From assembly GCF_018350175.1 (NCBI RefSeq), contig NC_058368.1:131132001-131196000 (forward strand): a DNA stretch of 64,000 bases, written 5' to 3'. The notes below the pieces were generated by a model. The model was not told the origin of the DNA, made no database searches, and saw only the letters and a list, made by a program, of their open reading frames with translations. The translations under genes and the position numbers were made by a program. This DNA comes from Felis catus. Its lineage: Eukaryota. Below are positions 52,539 to 64,000 of the stretch, one piece after another (the first letter of the stretch is position 1; the number at the start of each line of letters is the position of its first letter).

Positions 52539-54097
52539 GTGGATTTCAAGGAGTAAGTGTATAAAGGAGGTACACGCATACAAACCGTGCCACAGAATAT
52601 TAAGAAAGATCAGGCCCCAAACCAGAAGTTCAGGGAACACAAAAACACGAGGAATTTCTAACTATATACGATACAGAGAACACAGCATGAAAGGGCTAAC
52701 TAACAAAAGTCATAATGGAAGTAGATGGTCCAGGGAGCTAAAATAGTAGTCACAATGATCTGAATAAAAAGCTTGTATCTACCAAAGCCTGGCGGAGAAC
52801 ACAGCTAGGATTATAAAATAAGGACAGTGGCCACAGTAGGGGTGAGTATCTGTGCTTCAGTAAATTGGGTGGGACTGAAATGTCAAGACAGGAAGATCCT
52901 AAACATTGAGGGAATAGTATGACTTTCCTGTAAATGTCACACCTTGGATGACTCAGGCTCCAGACATAACAGGTCATTTGGTCACTGACAGCAGATTTGG
53001 AGCCAGGAAAGTGCAACTCAAGACAAAGTGAAATCTCAGTCCTTATTCTGGAAATATTTCTTTCATGAATAGTCAGTTGGGCAGGTGAGGTACAGCAGGA
53101 AAAAACTGACAGTGGCTGTGGTCAGGAGTCGGATGTGGAGTGACAAGCTGTGTGTAAGTGGAAAATATTCGTTATTGATGGGAGATAACTAGTCAAATCA
53201 AAGCAGGATTGGACAGCACCAGCCACCAATGTGGACTAGCGCATAGCGGAGCTCCATCCTAGAAGTTAAAAGCAGCATAATCCATCAGAGCTGTTGTTGA
53301 GGGGAACAACTCAACCAGTTTCACCATCATGAGCCATACAGGGGATGGGGAAAGAGGAAATGGAGCAGTGGATCTCAGAGTTGGCATGGGAACCAAGTTG
53401 GTTCTCTCTGAAGGAACCCATACCTCCTACAGTTCCAAACAGCGGGAGGTATTCCAACCAAGACGGAAGTATGCTTCTGGCCTCCTTCTTCTACCAGGTC
53501 ACCTCCCATTCCACACCAGACTAGAAGGCAAGGGATCGGAGTGAAGTATGGGAGGCAATAGTAGAAGCTGGAGAGACTTTTCCTCACTGATATATTGTAG
53601 GCTAGTAAGCAGAAAGTGCCACAAATTCACTGTACTCTCTCTGAGGTACAGTGGTAACAAGACCTGTTTTCTTCAATGATCTTTGTGCTTCAGGATATCC
53701 TACTTTCCAAAGTACAGATGACACTACAAGTTTCAGTACTGACATTCAGTGTTCCCAGAGGCAGCTTTGACCACCTCTCAGAGTTTTAAATGCAAATTAA
53801 TTCAGCTGGAGAGCAGACAGGCAGTTATTCATGGTGCTTTCCCACCTACACAAATTGTCCTACTCCTCTCCTAGCTGGTAGAGGGGTTAGTCCCTCAGGT
53901 TTTTAGTACTCGTCATCTTTAATTAACATCGAGTTCCTCCATGAAATGATTCCTCTGGTCTCTGGCTCAGAATCCTCACTGATGTCACAGACTACATGGT
54001 GGTCAGCCTTTCAGACTGTGGTAGAAACCCATAGAGGTTTCTGGCAAAAAGTGAGAATGTGTCTTCCTAAACTTCCTCTCTGTCCTGGCCCCCAGTG

Positions 54098-54100
<3 letters not shown>

Positions 54101-54142
<42 letters not shown>
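54101..54142. repeat. (CA)21 microsatellite
   Basis: Read directly from the sequence. Confidence 0.97.
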
Positions 54143-54145
<3 letters not shown>

Positions 54146-55544
54146 CACCATCACTTTAAGAAAAAACATCTAGTAGGGAAAGATCTCTCCTGTGTTTTCT
54201 CACAGCGTATGTTAGTATACTATATGCTATTGAATAAGAACTGGTTCTGAAACGGGAATTTTTTTGAGCAGTGACAGAATAGTGACAATACTGTCTATAT
54301 TTACAGAGATATAGCTTCTTAACATGTCCATATGAAATGCACGATTGGTAAAACTTGATAACTGCTTGCATCCATAGATTCTAAGCTGCCCACTATGAAT
54401 GAGTTCCCCTTGCTAACTGTCTTATATTTTTGGTTTCTTCTATGTTTGAGTGCAGAGGATTCTAGGTAGACCTCCCAAACCATGCTAGACACAGAGGCAA
54501 GAGTGTTATACTGTGATCTCTCTTCATCAAATTTTTTCTCCTCCCTCAACCTCTGACCTATAATATTTTCCATCCTATTTTGCAGCCACCAAGGAAGTGA
54601 AGACAAATGACCTCTCCCCTCCCAGCCCAGGTTTTAGGGGGAAAAAGAAATTATGAGTAAGCAGGAAAAACAGGCAAATATATTATAAAACAGTAACTGC
54701 CAAAGGTCAAGTGGACTGTCCTGATAATCCATGGTGCTAGGGAACAGTTCAGTTTACCTGAGAAAGGTATTATAAAATCAATCATTCTGAGCTGGGCCTT
54801 AAAAAATAATTAGTAAGAGCTTCGAATGGAGTGGTACCTGTGACAATGTGAAGAATGAAGTGAATGTGAGACATGTCTTAGGAACATAATGGAAAGACTC
54901 ACAGAATCATGCAATACAAGTGATACAATGTGGATACATCACCATCTAGCGTACTTACAGCTCTGTCCAAGTCAGGGGGAAACGTTGTCTGCAGCTCCTA
55001 GAAGTCGTAGAACACTCAAGAGTAACACACTCCTGATAATGTCACCCTTTATGTATGGTTCAAAACCCTTTCCAATGAACCCCCAAGTCATTCCCCAAAA
55101 TGGCATTGGTTGGCCATGAATTGTTCTGTCCCTGATTACTATTATCTTATTTGCACGTCGTTCTGCTGCATCTAATGTACTTCATATAACATGTGGTCTC
55201 ATAACCAAAGCAACCAGAAATGGTGAAAGTTCAGTGGAGGGAGGCTTAATCTTGTCTTTTGGGCCTTTTGTTACTGGAGTCTTACAAACCAAATGGTACC
55301 ACCCATTCACCCAAGTCCCCTATATTTTGAGAGCTCCCATTCTGGCCCTCCTTTCATCAGGTTTCTCTCTACTAGTTGAGGAGAGGGCATGGGCCTTTGT
55401 CCTCTACATAAACGTTCCAGTTACCAACAATACCAGAATTCCCAGCCATGCCCTAGCTTATTTCCAGAGCCCTTACACCAATGAATGGACTGCTGTTACA
55501 TACATCCTAAACACAATGATTCATTCATAACAGGGACAGAAGCT

Positions 55545-56004
55545 TCTTCACGTGAGACCCTTCCAGACCTCACCCTATAAATTGCTTCATCTTGCTGTTC
55601 ATTTGTATCGCATATCATATCCTTTAATATATAATAAATATACGCATGTGTTTTCCTCAGTTCTATGAGCCATTCCAGCCAATTTTATTGAACCCAAGTT
55701 GGGGGTCAGGGGAACCCTGATTCATAGCCAGTCCATCTGAAGTGCCAGTGACAAGCAAGAACTTGCATATGGCATCTGAAGTGGGGGGAAGGTTAGTCTT
55801 GTGGGCCTGAGCCCTTAACCTGTGGAATCTGATGCTATCTCCAGATAGACAGTCTCAGAATAGAATTAAATTGTAGGACCCCCCATTTGTTATCAGAGAA
55901 TCTCTTGATGTATATGGAAACCCCACAGATCTGCGGTCAAAAACGAAGTGAAGTATGATACTAGTGTGAGAGTAAATGAGAAACACAGGCATATTTTTCT
56001 AGAC
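55545..56004 (+). mobile_element. MER21-like ERV LTR, 3' portion
   Basis: CCAGACCTCACCCTAT...GGCATCTGAAGTGGGG...AGTCTTGTGGGCCTGAGCCCTTAACCTGTGGAATCTGATGCTATCTCCAG resembles the recalled MER21B/C consensus. Confidence 0.7.
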
Positions 56005-57360
56005 AAGTGGGTGTCTACTCATATGCATTTGAGGTGCCATCTGGTATGGGACAAAATAGCAATAAGAAGAGAAGAATGGCAGCCTCCTTTTAAACTCATG
56101 CCACTAACTTCCCGAATGTTAAGAATGCAACCTCTTCCTTACTGTGTCTGCTTTACCAGTGTCTTACTAAAATGTACATGTTCCCCTGAGTTCACTGAAT
56201 AGAATAACATTCTATTTCCACTGACAAGATCTAGTGATTTGCCCTCCTCCAGAAGAATTATCTCTTCTGATTAATATTGCCCAATGATTTAGAGTGAAAA
56301 AAAAAACCCATAAAACTGCCTGATGTAGAACCATACAGATCTTAAGAACTATATGCTCTTAGAGCTATTGTAGTTTATAACCATATATTTTTTAAGAGGG
56401 AACTAAATCATCCTGAGCCATTTTCTTTTCCTCTCCATCATTTATTTAGATACTGAGCGCTAAGTGATATTTACTATAACTAATTGAGATTTGTGTTGTC
56501 TTTCCTTTTGCCTCTTTCCTCAACCTGTGTTAAGTGAGCTCTCCTTTGTACCAGGTTAATGGGGCTTAGAGGACATGGAAAAGCAATGGAGAGGGTCCTC
56601 TTAATTTAAATGTAACTGTGTTTTCTGCATTCTAGCTCTTATCCCCAGAGAGACCTACAGAAGAAACTATGACTAAAGAGGTATTAAATATCTCTGTGCA
56701 ATGAATTAACATTGTGCATACCAGCAAAATTGCCCATAGTATGAAGGTACAACCTCCACATAATGCAATGAAGAAGCAGAAAGGTCACATGTGCAGAGTG
56801 TGGGGACTTGTGCACATTGTCCATCAGAAAGTGACCAAAAGAATAATCATACCATTTGGCTTTCTGGTTGTAAGGAAAATAATACCACTAACACTAGTAA
56901 CCCACCTTTACTGATCAACAGGAAAGAAGTGAGGAAAAGAAGACAATCTGCGCTTCTTATTGCTTCTAGTAAAAAGAAAAAACTCTCTGCAGTACTATAG
57001 AATATATGGTTAAATTATAACATATAAGTAAAATTATAAAGGAAGAGGTAAAAATGGACAAGGACAACGAAGTCAGGAGAAAGCAGTTATGTCACATGAT
57101 ATTTTTCCAAAACAAAAGAATGCTCTGACCATAGAATTATTTTCCAAGACAGTCCTATCATCTCTAGCAATAATAGGGACAAAGTGACCAAAGAGAAAAA
57201 ATATCGCGAGCAATTCAAGAGAGTTAGAGCGGAGCAGTGTGCTGCATAATGGCAGGGGAGTTATCCTCCTCCACAGGAGGGTACCTCCTGGTAAAAAGAG
57301 CAAACAGAAGAACTAGAGTAGGTTTCTCCAACAACAAGCTTCCTGAATGAGAATATTTTA

Positions 57361-57590
57361 CTTTTTTTTTATTTAAAAAAATTTTTTTAACGTTTATTTA
57401 TTTTTGGGACAGAGAGAGACAGAGCAGGAATGGGGGAGGGGCAGAGAGAGAGGGAGACACAGAATTGGAAACAGGCTCCAGGCTCTGAGCCATCATCCCA
57501 GAGCCTGACGTGGGGCTCGAACTCACAGACCGCGAGATCGTGACCCGGCTGAAGTCGGCCGCTCAACCGACTGAGCCACCCAGGCGCCCC
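57361..57590 (-). mobile_element. Can-SINE (SINEC_Fc)
   Basis: SINE body with a perfect TSD TGAATGAGAATATTTTA. Confidence 0.97.
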
Positions 57591-58861
57591 TGAATGAGAA
57601 TATTTTAAACAGACAACGTCAAGAATTATATTTACCAGTAACAGATAATATGTACCATTAATCTTTGAGAATAAAGCTCTTTTATAATTCCATGACTGCT
57701 CAAAAATTTATATTCAAAAAAAGGGAAATGTTACCCATGTTATAAAAGAAGGCACAAGTAGGGAGCCCCACCAAGTCACAGGCAGGGCTGAAATCGTCAA
57801 TGCCTACCAACTCTGAGGCCACAAGTGCTCCTGAACTTTCTGTGATATTGACCAAACCAATACGTCAAGTTAATGGAACAATCTGACTCGATTGTTCCAT
57901 TTCAGGTGGGAGGTGGGAGTTTTGTGGCACCTAAACTCCCTAGGAAGTTTCAACCATGTAGATAAGACTTTCTCAAGGCTTCAGTGGCTCTCGCTTTATG
58001 GGATGGAAGAATTAGGCTGTTCCATACCACAAAGCTCATGGTAACTCAATGATCAAATTAATTCAAATTAGCTCAGATGTGAGCAGGATCCTGAACACCA
58101 AAGATAGCCCGCAGCACTGGGGGAAAAAAAAATCTGAAATGAAAATACATTGAGTTGCAAAGAGGATTTTAATGTGTTAGCACTGCAATCTTATTTAAAA
58201 ACTTCATTAGAGAACCATAAGCAAGAATAAAAATTAAGGTTACAAAATTTGTAGTGCATGAGGTAAATTTGAAGTCATTAAATTAAAAAAAAAAAATAAC
58301 ATAAAGAGAGAAATTCCAGAAAGAAACAGTCCAGCAAGAAAAAAGTAAAATTGGATTCCAGAGGGTCTGACAAAAACATAGGATTCTGAAAAGAAGTAAA
58401 CTTTCATTACAAGCCGTAAGTCTTGAAATAGAAGTCCGAACAGCCCTCAAAAGAGAACCAGAGATTAATTTCCAGCATGATGCCGTGGTGCCTTCATTCA
58501 GCATTGTCTTTGTTGCTGAGGGGAAGTGGCCCCTTCTGTCCAGGTTTAGTAAAGGAGCTATTTAGTTCGTGAGAAATGTGACACTTGCATTCTGTATGTT
58601 CATACCTGTGCTCCCCTCCCTCTTTCTGTTACTGCCAGCCAGCCAGCCAGCCAGCTCCAGCCTCTGTCATCCATGGCCTAGAGATCGGATCCCTTGAGAC
58701 TCCCCCTCCCCAGCTTGAGAGGAGATCAGTGAAGACCATGAAGTTGGCCTGTATGCACATACAAGAGAGGGATTCAAACCCTTGTGCTTTCCTTGAAGCT
58801 GGCCTGGTAAATATGTTTGTTTTGCTTGTTTGCTTATTTCTGCTCCATCAGGACTGAAACT

Positions 58862-58897
58862 AAAACAACAAAACAAAACAAAACAAAACAAAACAAA
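58862..58897. repeat. (AAAAC)n microsatellite
   Basis: Read directly from the sequence. Confidence 0.9.
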
Positions 58898-59728
58898 AGA
58901 ATACTTGAGGTACAGTGCTTTAATTCAAAGGAAGGTGATGAAATTTCAGATGCTGTGACAGATTCATGGGAGTAACATACTTAGGCAGAGAAGACTAACT
59001 GGCACTTGTAGAAACTTCCCAGAGACAACTGTCTTCCCTGCTTATGCAGAAATCTAACTAAGTGCTAAAACAGAGTGGTAAGCAATTGTCAATTGGAAAG
59101 GTAAAGCTTTCTTCGGTTTGTGTTTCTATGTTGGCCTGTTCAACCCTGTTAGAACAAGTCTATCATTAGTCATGACTGTCTACTTTCAATGCAACATTCA
59201 GTGCCTAAGATACTCCTCTCGCCTTACCTCCTACAAAACTGTTATTTGCCTGTCAACAAGATTAAGGAAGGGAACAAGGATGAGAAATGGAACATTTTGG
59301 AACCTCCAATCCTGCTTTCTAGAGGGACTTTGCTGGAAAGCTTTATATCCCCAGGAAATATCACAAAAGCCCAGGTCTCCTGAGCTGAACACCTTGCTGG
59401 GGAGGTCCCAGCAAGGGGATAGGGCTACAGTAAAAGGAGTTGAGGAGGCAACTTTGGCAAACACGGCCTCCCCTACAGCTCTGTGTTTGGAGGAGTCCAA
59501 AACTCTGGTGAGCTTAGGTAATTCCTGGCTTCCTAACAGCCAACCTTATCTTCCAGTTATTCTTAATTATAGAAGAAACATGTATTTCAAGAATTTAAAG
59601 ACAGTTTATTCCTTGTCATGTTCTGTGTATCCAGGCTACCTACCTGCATTGGTCACCTCAGCTGAGAAATGCTTTCAGTAATCACTTCTTTATTCTCTAA
59701 CTCCAAACAATTTAATAATGAGTTTTAA

Positions 59729-59971
59729 ATTTTTTTAATGTTTATTCATTTTTGAGAGGGAGAGGGAGAGGGAGAGGGAGAGGGAGAGGGAGAGGGAGAG
59801 GGAGAGGGAGAGGGAGAGGGGCAGAGAGCAAGGGAAGCACAGAATCCAAAGCAGTCTCAAGGCTCTGAGCTGTCAGCACAGAGCCCGACGCGGGGCTCAA
59901 ACCCACGGGCTGCAAGATCATGACCTGAGCTGAAGTCAGACACTTAAACAGCTGAGACACCCAGGCACCCC
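59729..59971 (-). mobile_element. Can-SINE with an expanded (GGGAGA)n tract
   Basis: SINE body with TSD CAATTTAAT(A/T)ATGAGTTTTAA. Confidence 0.95.
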
Positions 59972-60747
59972 CAATTTAATTATGAGTTTTAAGATAATTT
60001 TCTCAAAAGTCCACTCATTTCCTCGGGCCATAGTTTCTTTATTGTCTTTGATTCATTTCAACTGTCAAGCTTCCTCCCTTCCCCTTCAATGGGCAATAAT
60101 TCTAAGACCATTCAGATGAAATGAAGGCAACCCTACAGATCTTTAATACCATTTGGGAGTCAGGGGCCAACCTATGAGGTGTCCAGAATAGAGGCACTCA
60201 CAGACTCTCTGTCTTAGATCTGGAATCCATTTCATCGTCTTGTTCATTGTTCTATTTTCCCCATCATCTCTTACCTTTCTCTGAGTCTGCTCTGTCACTC
60301 GTCCCTCTCTCAACCTTCAATGGAGACTATATTTCTATGACTGCACACATCTGTTTCTATCTTCTTATTAAGTCCTCAAACTATCTTCCCAGTGACACAG
60401 CATTGGTGTGATATAGCCCCTGAACTCCCCCAAACTGCCATGACTTAAGGTCTCCAGTCGAGCCAAATGTGCTCCTTGGTAGTGAGATATTTGTGCTGCC
60501 CACGTGAAAGGTAAAAGTGGGCTCTGCTTGTAGGATGTAGTCCACATGCGTGTGCACATTCACATACCCATGTACACACAAAGGAGAGTCTAAACACAGT
60601 ATGGATTCTAAACGAAATACATACACCATGTCCTGGCCTTGCTACTGTTTACAGTGTAATGCATAGTGTGTGTATATGTGTGTGCATAGTGTGTGTATAT
60701 GTGTGTTTACGTGAACAAAGTTAACCAGGTCAAGACAAGAAAGACAT

Positions 60748-60890
60748 GGGGTCCCTAGCCGGCTGAGTCAGTAGAGCATGCATCTCTGATCTCAGGGTCA
60801 TGCTTTCAGGCCACACATTGGACATGGAGGCTACTTAAAAAAAAAAAAAAAAAGAAAGAAAGAAAGAAAAAGAAAAGGAAAAGGAAAGAA
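60748..60890 (+). mobile_element. Short old Can-SINE with an A/(GAAA)n tail
   Basis: tRNA-like head GGGGTCCCTAGCCGGCTGAGTCAGTAGAGCATG. Confidence 0.85.
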
Positions 60891-62376
60891 ACAAAGAAAG
60901 ATGAGGTGACTTTTCCCTGAGTTTGTTCTTTCTAGCTACTTCCACTTTTCTTTCTGGGTGACTACTGCAATGAGGAAGTTAATTCAAGAAATATATCCAG
61001 GCCTTTCTAAGCACCTGACACTATATGGGATGGGAGATCTGGAAGTGTACAAAACATGATGCCTAGCTTTCAGAAGGCTGTTTTCTATTAGAAAAACAGT
61101 AGAATCTGAAAACATCCTCGGTCTTCTCCCAAGTTAGAAAAAACTTCTCAGGCGAGCAAATTGCGGGTTCTCTTTTCAGCGAGAGGGTAAAGGTGTAAGG
61201 ATAAATGTAAAGACATTGGTATCTTGCAAGCTGTTGGAAGGAAGGTCAGCAGAAGGAAGGAGGAGGACTGAAGACGTTGCCTCAAAGTATAATAAATAAT
61301 GCAGTCAGACTGCAGGTGGGACCAGGCTCCCAGACTTCATTAGTATTGTCAGTTTCCACAGAAAAATCAAATATATTACTTTAGGGTTTTAGCATTTAAA
61401 ATCTTTTCAAAGCGCAAACAGTGGCATATTACTAGTAAGGGAGAGAAGAGGCAGGCAATAAAACAATTACAGGGAAAACAGACTAGAGCAATTATCGTTT
61501 AAAGCAGCCAAACAACATTGTGAAGCTGTTGTTTTTTGACTGGGGCATAGGAACTCAAGCGTGAAAAAAGAAAAAAGTAAAATGCTCCCGGTTTTTTTCA
61601 ATGATAGCATGATACTTTATTTGGCCCTGATGCACACAATTTCTTATCAAGTAATGGTTCTCTTCCCATATTGGTAGCAGAAATGGTCATTAAGTGCCTC
61701 ATTTCTATCACTTCTGCCCTTTATCCCCTTTATGGCCTCGCTGTGAATAAAGTATGTGCTCATCACAGCTTTTGGCTCAGTGTAAAATGGATTAAGAGAA
61801 CGATCTCAAGTTTCTGATTGAGATTTTCTAAATCGACTAACGCTGGGGCCAGCTCAGTTCCCCCTGCCAGGGAAACAACACAGATTTGATGATAGTCCTA
61901 AATGGACGGACCTCACTGAGGACAGGATCATGTCGCCCTTTAGAAGTTGGTGGCTCTGTCCATGGTGGGGTGTGAAGAACCCCAACAAGTCAAATCTGCC
62001 TCCTCAAACAACCCTCCGCGGACCTCAAATTCTCACCATTAGAGTGACTCATTACAGTTAGTTTTTCTGCACCTCCAGCATGCTACCTACGAGAGGTGAC
62101 ATATTGCATGTCTCAGGTCAGCAGTAATGAGTTTCTAGAATGGGAGAGCCAGTCCCCAGGAGAACCCTGATGTAAGGGGGCACAGCTCTCTCAGGCTGAC
62201 CTACTTTATAGTCAGTTATTTACCATATCTTTGACTCAGTTTTTTCATCTGGAAGGAAGGGCTCCTTTTAGGATCATTTTGCAACAATTTAAAACACTTA
62301 ACAACCTAATATAATTAAAAACTAATGAGCGATTGCTATTTTTCTTCTGTACTTTTTTCTTTTTAATTTCAAGAAT

Positions 62377-62549
62377 CTTAGTTCTCAAACTTTATAATGC
62401 ATCAGAATGTAAAGCACAGATTCCCAGGACCCCACCTCAGAGTTTCTGATATAGTAGATCTGAGGTGGATCCTGAGAACGTGTATTTCTAACACGTTTCC
62501 AGGAGAAGTTGATGTTGTGGGTCCAGGGACCACATTTCGAGACCCACTG
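62377..62549. mobile_element. MER5A DNA transposon
   Basis: GTTCTCAAACTT...GCATCAGAAT...CCCCACCTCAGAGTTTCTGAT...CCAGGGACCACATTTCGAGACCCACTG. Confidence 0.85.
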
Positions 62550-62816
62550 CTGTGAAATTTAAGACTAGATTTACTTGGTCATACGTCACAGTGAAGAACT
62601 GAAAAGTAAATGAACATATTCCCAATTATGCCAAATATTTGTATTGCATCTCAGTTCTTACAAAATTACTCCATAAACTTTTAAAAATCTCCACATGCAC
62701 ATCAGCAACATGCAGGGTAATTTATCAGCAGAAATGGTGCTCGGTCATAAATCTATCCCAGGAGGCCTGAACCACAGGTTCCCAGCTGACTACAGGGAAT
62801 CATATGTGCTGATTTT

Positions 62817-63041
62817 TTTTAAATTTTTTAATGTTTTTATTTATTTTTGAGACAGAAAGAGACAGAGCATGAGCAGGGGAGGGGCAGAGAGAGAGGGAAA
62901 CACAGAATCTGAAACAGGCTCCAGGCTCCAGGCTCCAAGCTGTCAGCACAGAGCCTGACGCGGGGCTCGAACTCACGGACTGTAAGATCATGACCTGAGC
63001 CGAAGTCGGAAGCCCAACTGACCGAGCCACCCAAGCACCCC
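62817..63041 (-). mobile_element. Can-SINE (SINEC_Fc)
   Basis: SINE body with a perfect TSD CATATGTGCTGATTTT. Confidence 0.96.
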
Positions 63042-63072
63042 CATATGTGCTGATTTTAAAAGAATCTTCTAA

Positions 63073-63165
63073 GAGAGGTGCCTGCCTGGCTCAGTCAGTA
63101 GAACATGCAGCCCTTGATCTCAGGGTTGTGAGTTCGAGCCCCATCATGACTGTAGAGATTAGTTG
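63073..63165 (+). mobile_element. Short old Can-SINE (tRNA-like head, almost no tail)
   Basis: A box and B box (TGGCTCAGTCAG, GTTCGAGCC); TSD AAAGAATC(T/C)TCTAA. Confidence 0.88.
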
Positions 63166-63449
63166 AAAGAATCCTCTAAAGCAAAGATTATCCCAAAAGA
63201 GGCCCACAGTTCAATCTATAATCCTTCGAATTCTCCTGCCATTTATGCTGAAGGGTTATATAATGGACAGTTTCCAAAATGGGTTTGTCACTCCTTCATT
63301 CATTTATGCATTCCTTCCTCAAAAACTTTTGTACATCTATTACATGTCAAGGATTATGGTAGAAACCAGGGGAAAAACTCAAAATTTTTGAGGGATCTTC
63401 CAGTCTAAGATGAAAGAAGGGATACATAATTCTGAAAAAAAGTAGACAT

Positions 63450-63665
63450 AATAACTAACATTTGTTGAAATACTAAAGTATATGAAGCATTTTCATATTT
63501 TATCTCCTGTGGTCCTCAGTGGATACCTCAAAGGTAAGTCTCATTCCTGGCTTTACACACAGTTAGGAACACAGGGCTCTGAAACAGTGGATTTTCTCAT
63601 ATCACCCAACTGGTCAGTGATGGAGCCCGGGTGCAGCTCAGGCCTTAAGATTTCAAAGCACATGC
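63450..63665 (-). mobile_element. MIR SINE
   Basis: ATAACTAACATTTGTTGA...GGAACACAGGGCTCTGA...ATCACCCAACTGGTCAGTGATGGAGCC. Confidence 0.55.
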
Positions 63666-64000
63666 CCTTTGCTCAGCCCTGCAGCGCAGTTCTGACCCTG
63701 CAACGTGGCCCAAGGGTGTCAAAGAGCTAAAGAGGGGAAGGGTTCCAAAGACTGTTGGAGCTTGTGAGAAACCAGTCAACAATTGTAGGAATTAACGAAA
63801 AGACACCTTGGCCAGAAAAAAAAAAAAAAAAAAAAGGCTAAAACATTTCTCTCCAAAGTGCCTTGGGCCATGTTTCTTGATCAAATGTGATACGAAGATG
63901 TTTCTTACAAATTCCCTCTGTGTTTTAGCCTATGAAAGACATTCTATTGCCTTGCCAGCTTTTTCTGTTTTTGCCAATTATATTATTTTCAGCATAATGG

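Noticed and set aside
59118..59681. 187-aa ORF
   Set aside because: It has a non-ATG start, no recognisable motifs and no supporting exon structure.
60661..60706. 23-bp direct duplication, with similar small duplications at 24932-24959 and about 50402-50442
   Set aside because: These are ordinary two-copy slippage duplications with no spacers and no CRISPR-like organisation.
61000..62150. Repeat-poor stretch with scattered CpGs that might be a distal enhancer
   Set aside because: No specific motif evidence is visible; conservation or chromatin data would be needed.
60748..63165. tRNA-like sequences at 60748 and 63073
   Set aside because: They are SINE heads with an A tail or TSD and lack a complete cloverleaf, so they are not tRNA genes.

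Overview
This is mammalian genomic DNA from a cat-family (Felidae) species, judged from about 28 tRNA-derived Can-SINEs, many of the felid SINEC_Fc type, and a carnivore L1. The only protein-coding gene is the intronless serotonin 5-HT1A receptor HTR1A (7149-8417, minus strand, 422 aa), which lies in a CpG island. Its upstream region contains recognisable orthologues of known HTR1A control elements: an RE-1/REST site, the Freud-1/Freud-2 dual repressor element, a poly-GT repeat and the region matching human rs6295. The remaining ~54 kb is intergenic and rich in repeats. It includes an ancient minus-strand L1 that hosts MER5A, an MLT1 LTR, several SINEs and a 5.5-kb TSD-flanked carnivore L1. 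I found no support for a wholly new biological system. The most unusual signals cluster at 18.7-24.5 kb: an L1/SINE chimeric 5' end, loss of the reverse-transcriptase FADD motif, two short templated insertions and a near-perfect 34-bp hairpin. Repeat family names and human/rodent comparisons come from recalled consensus sequences, not from searches.
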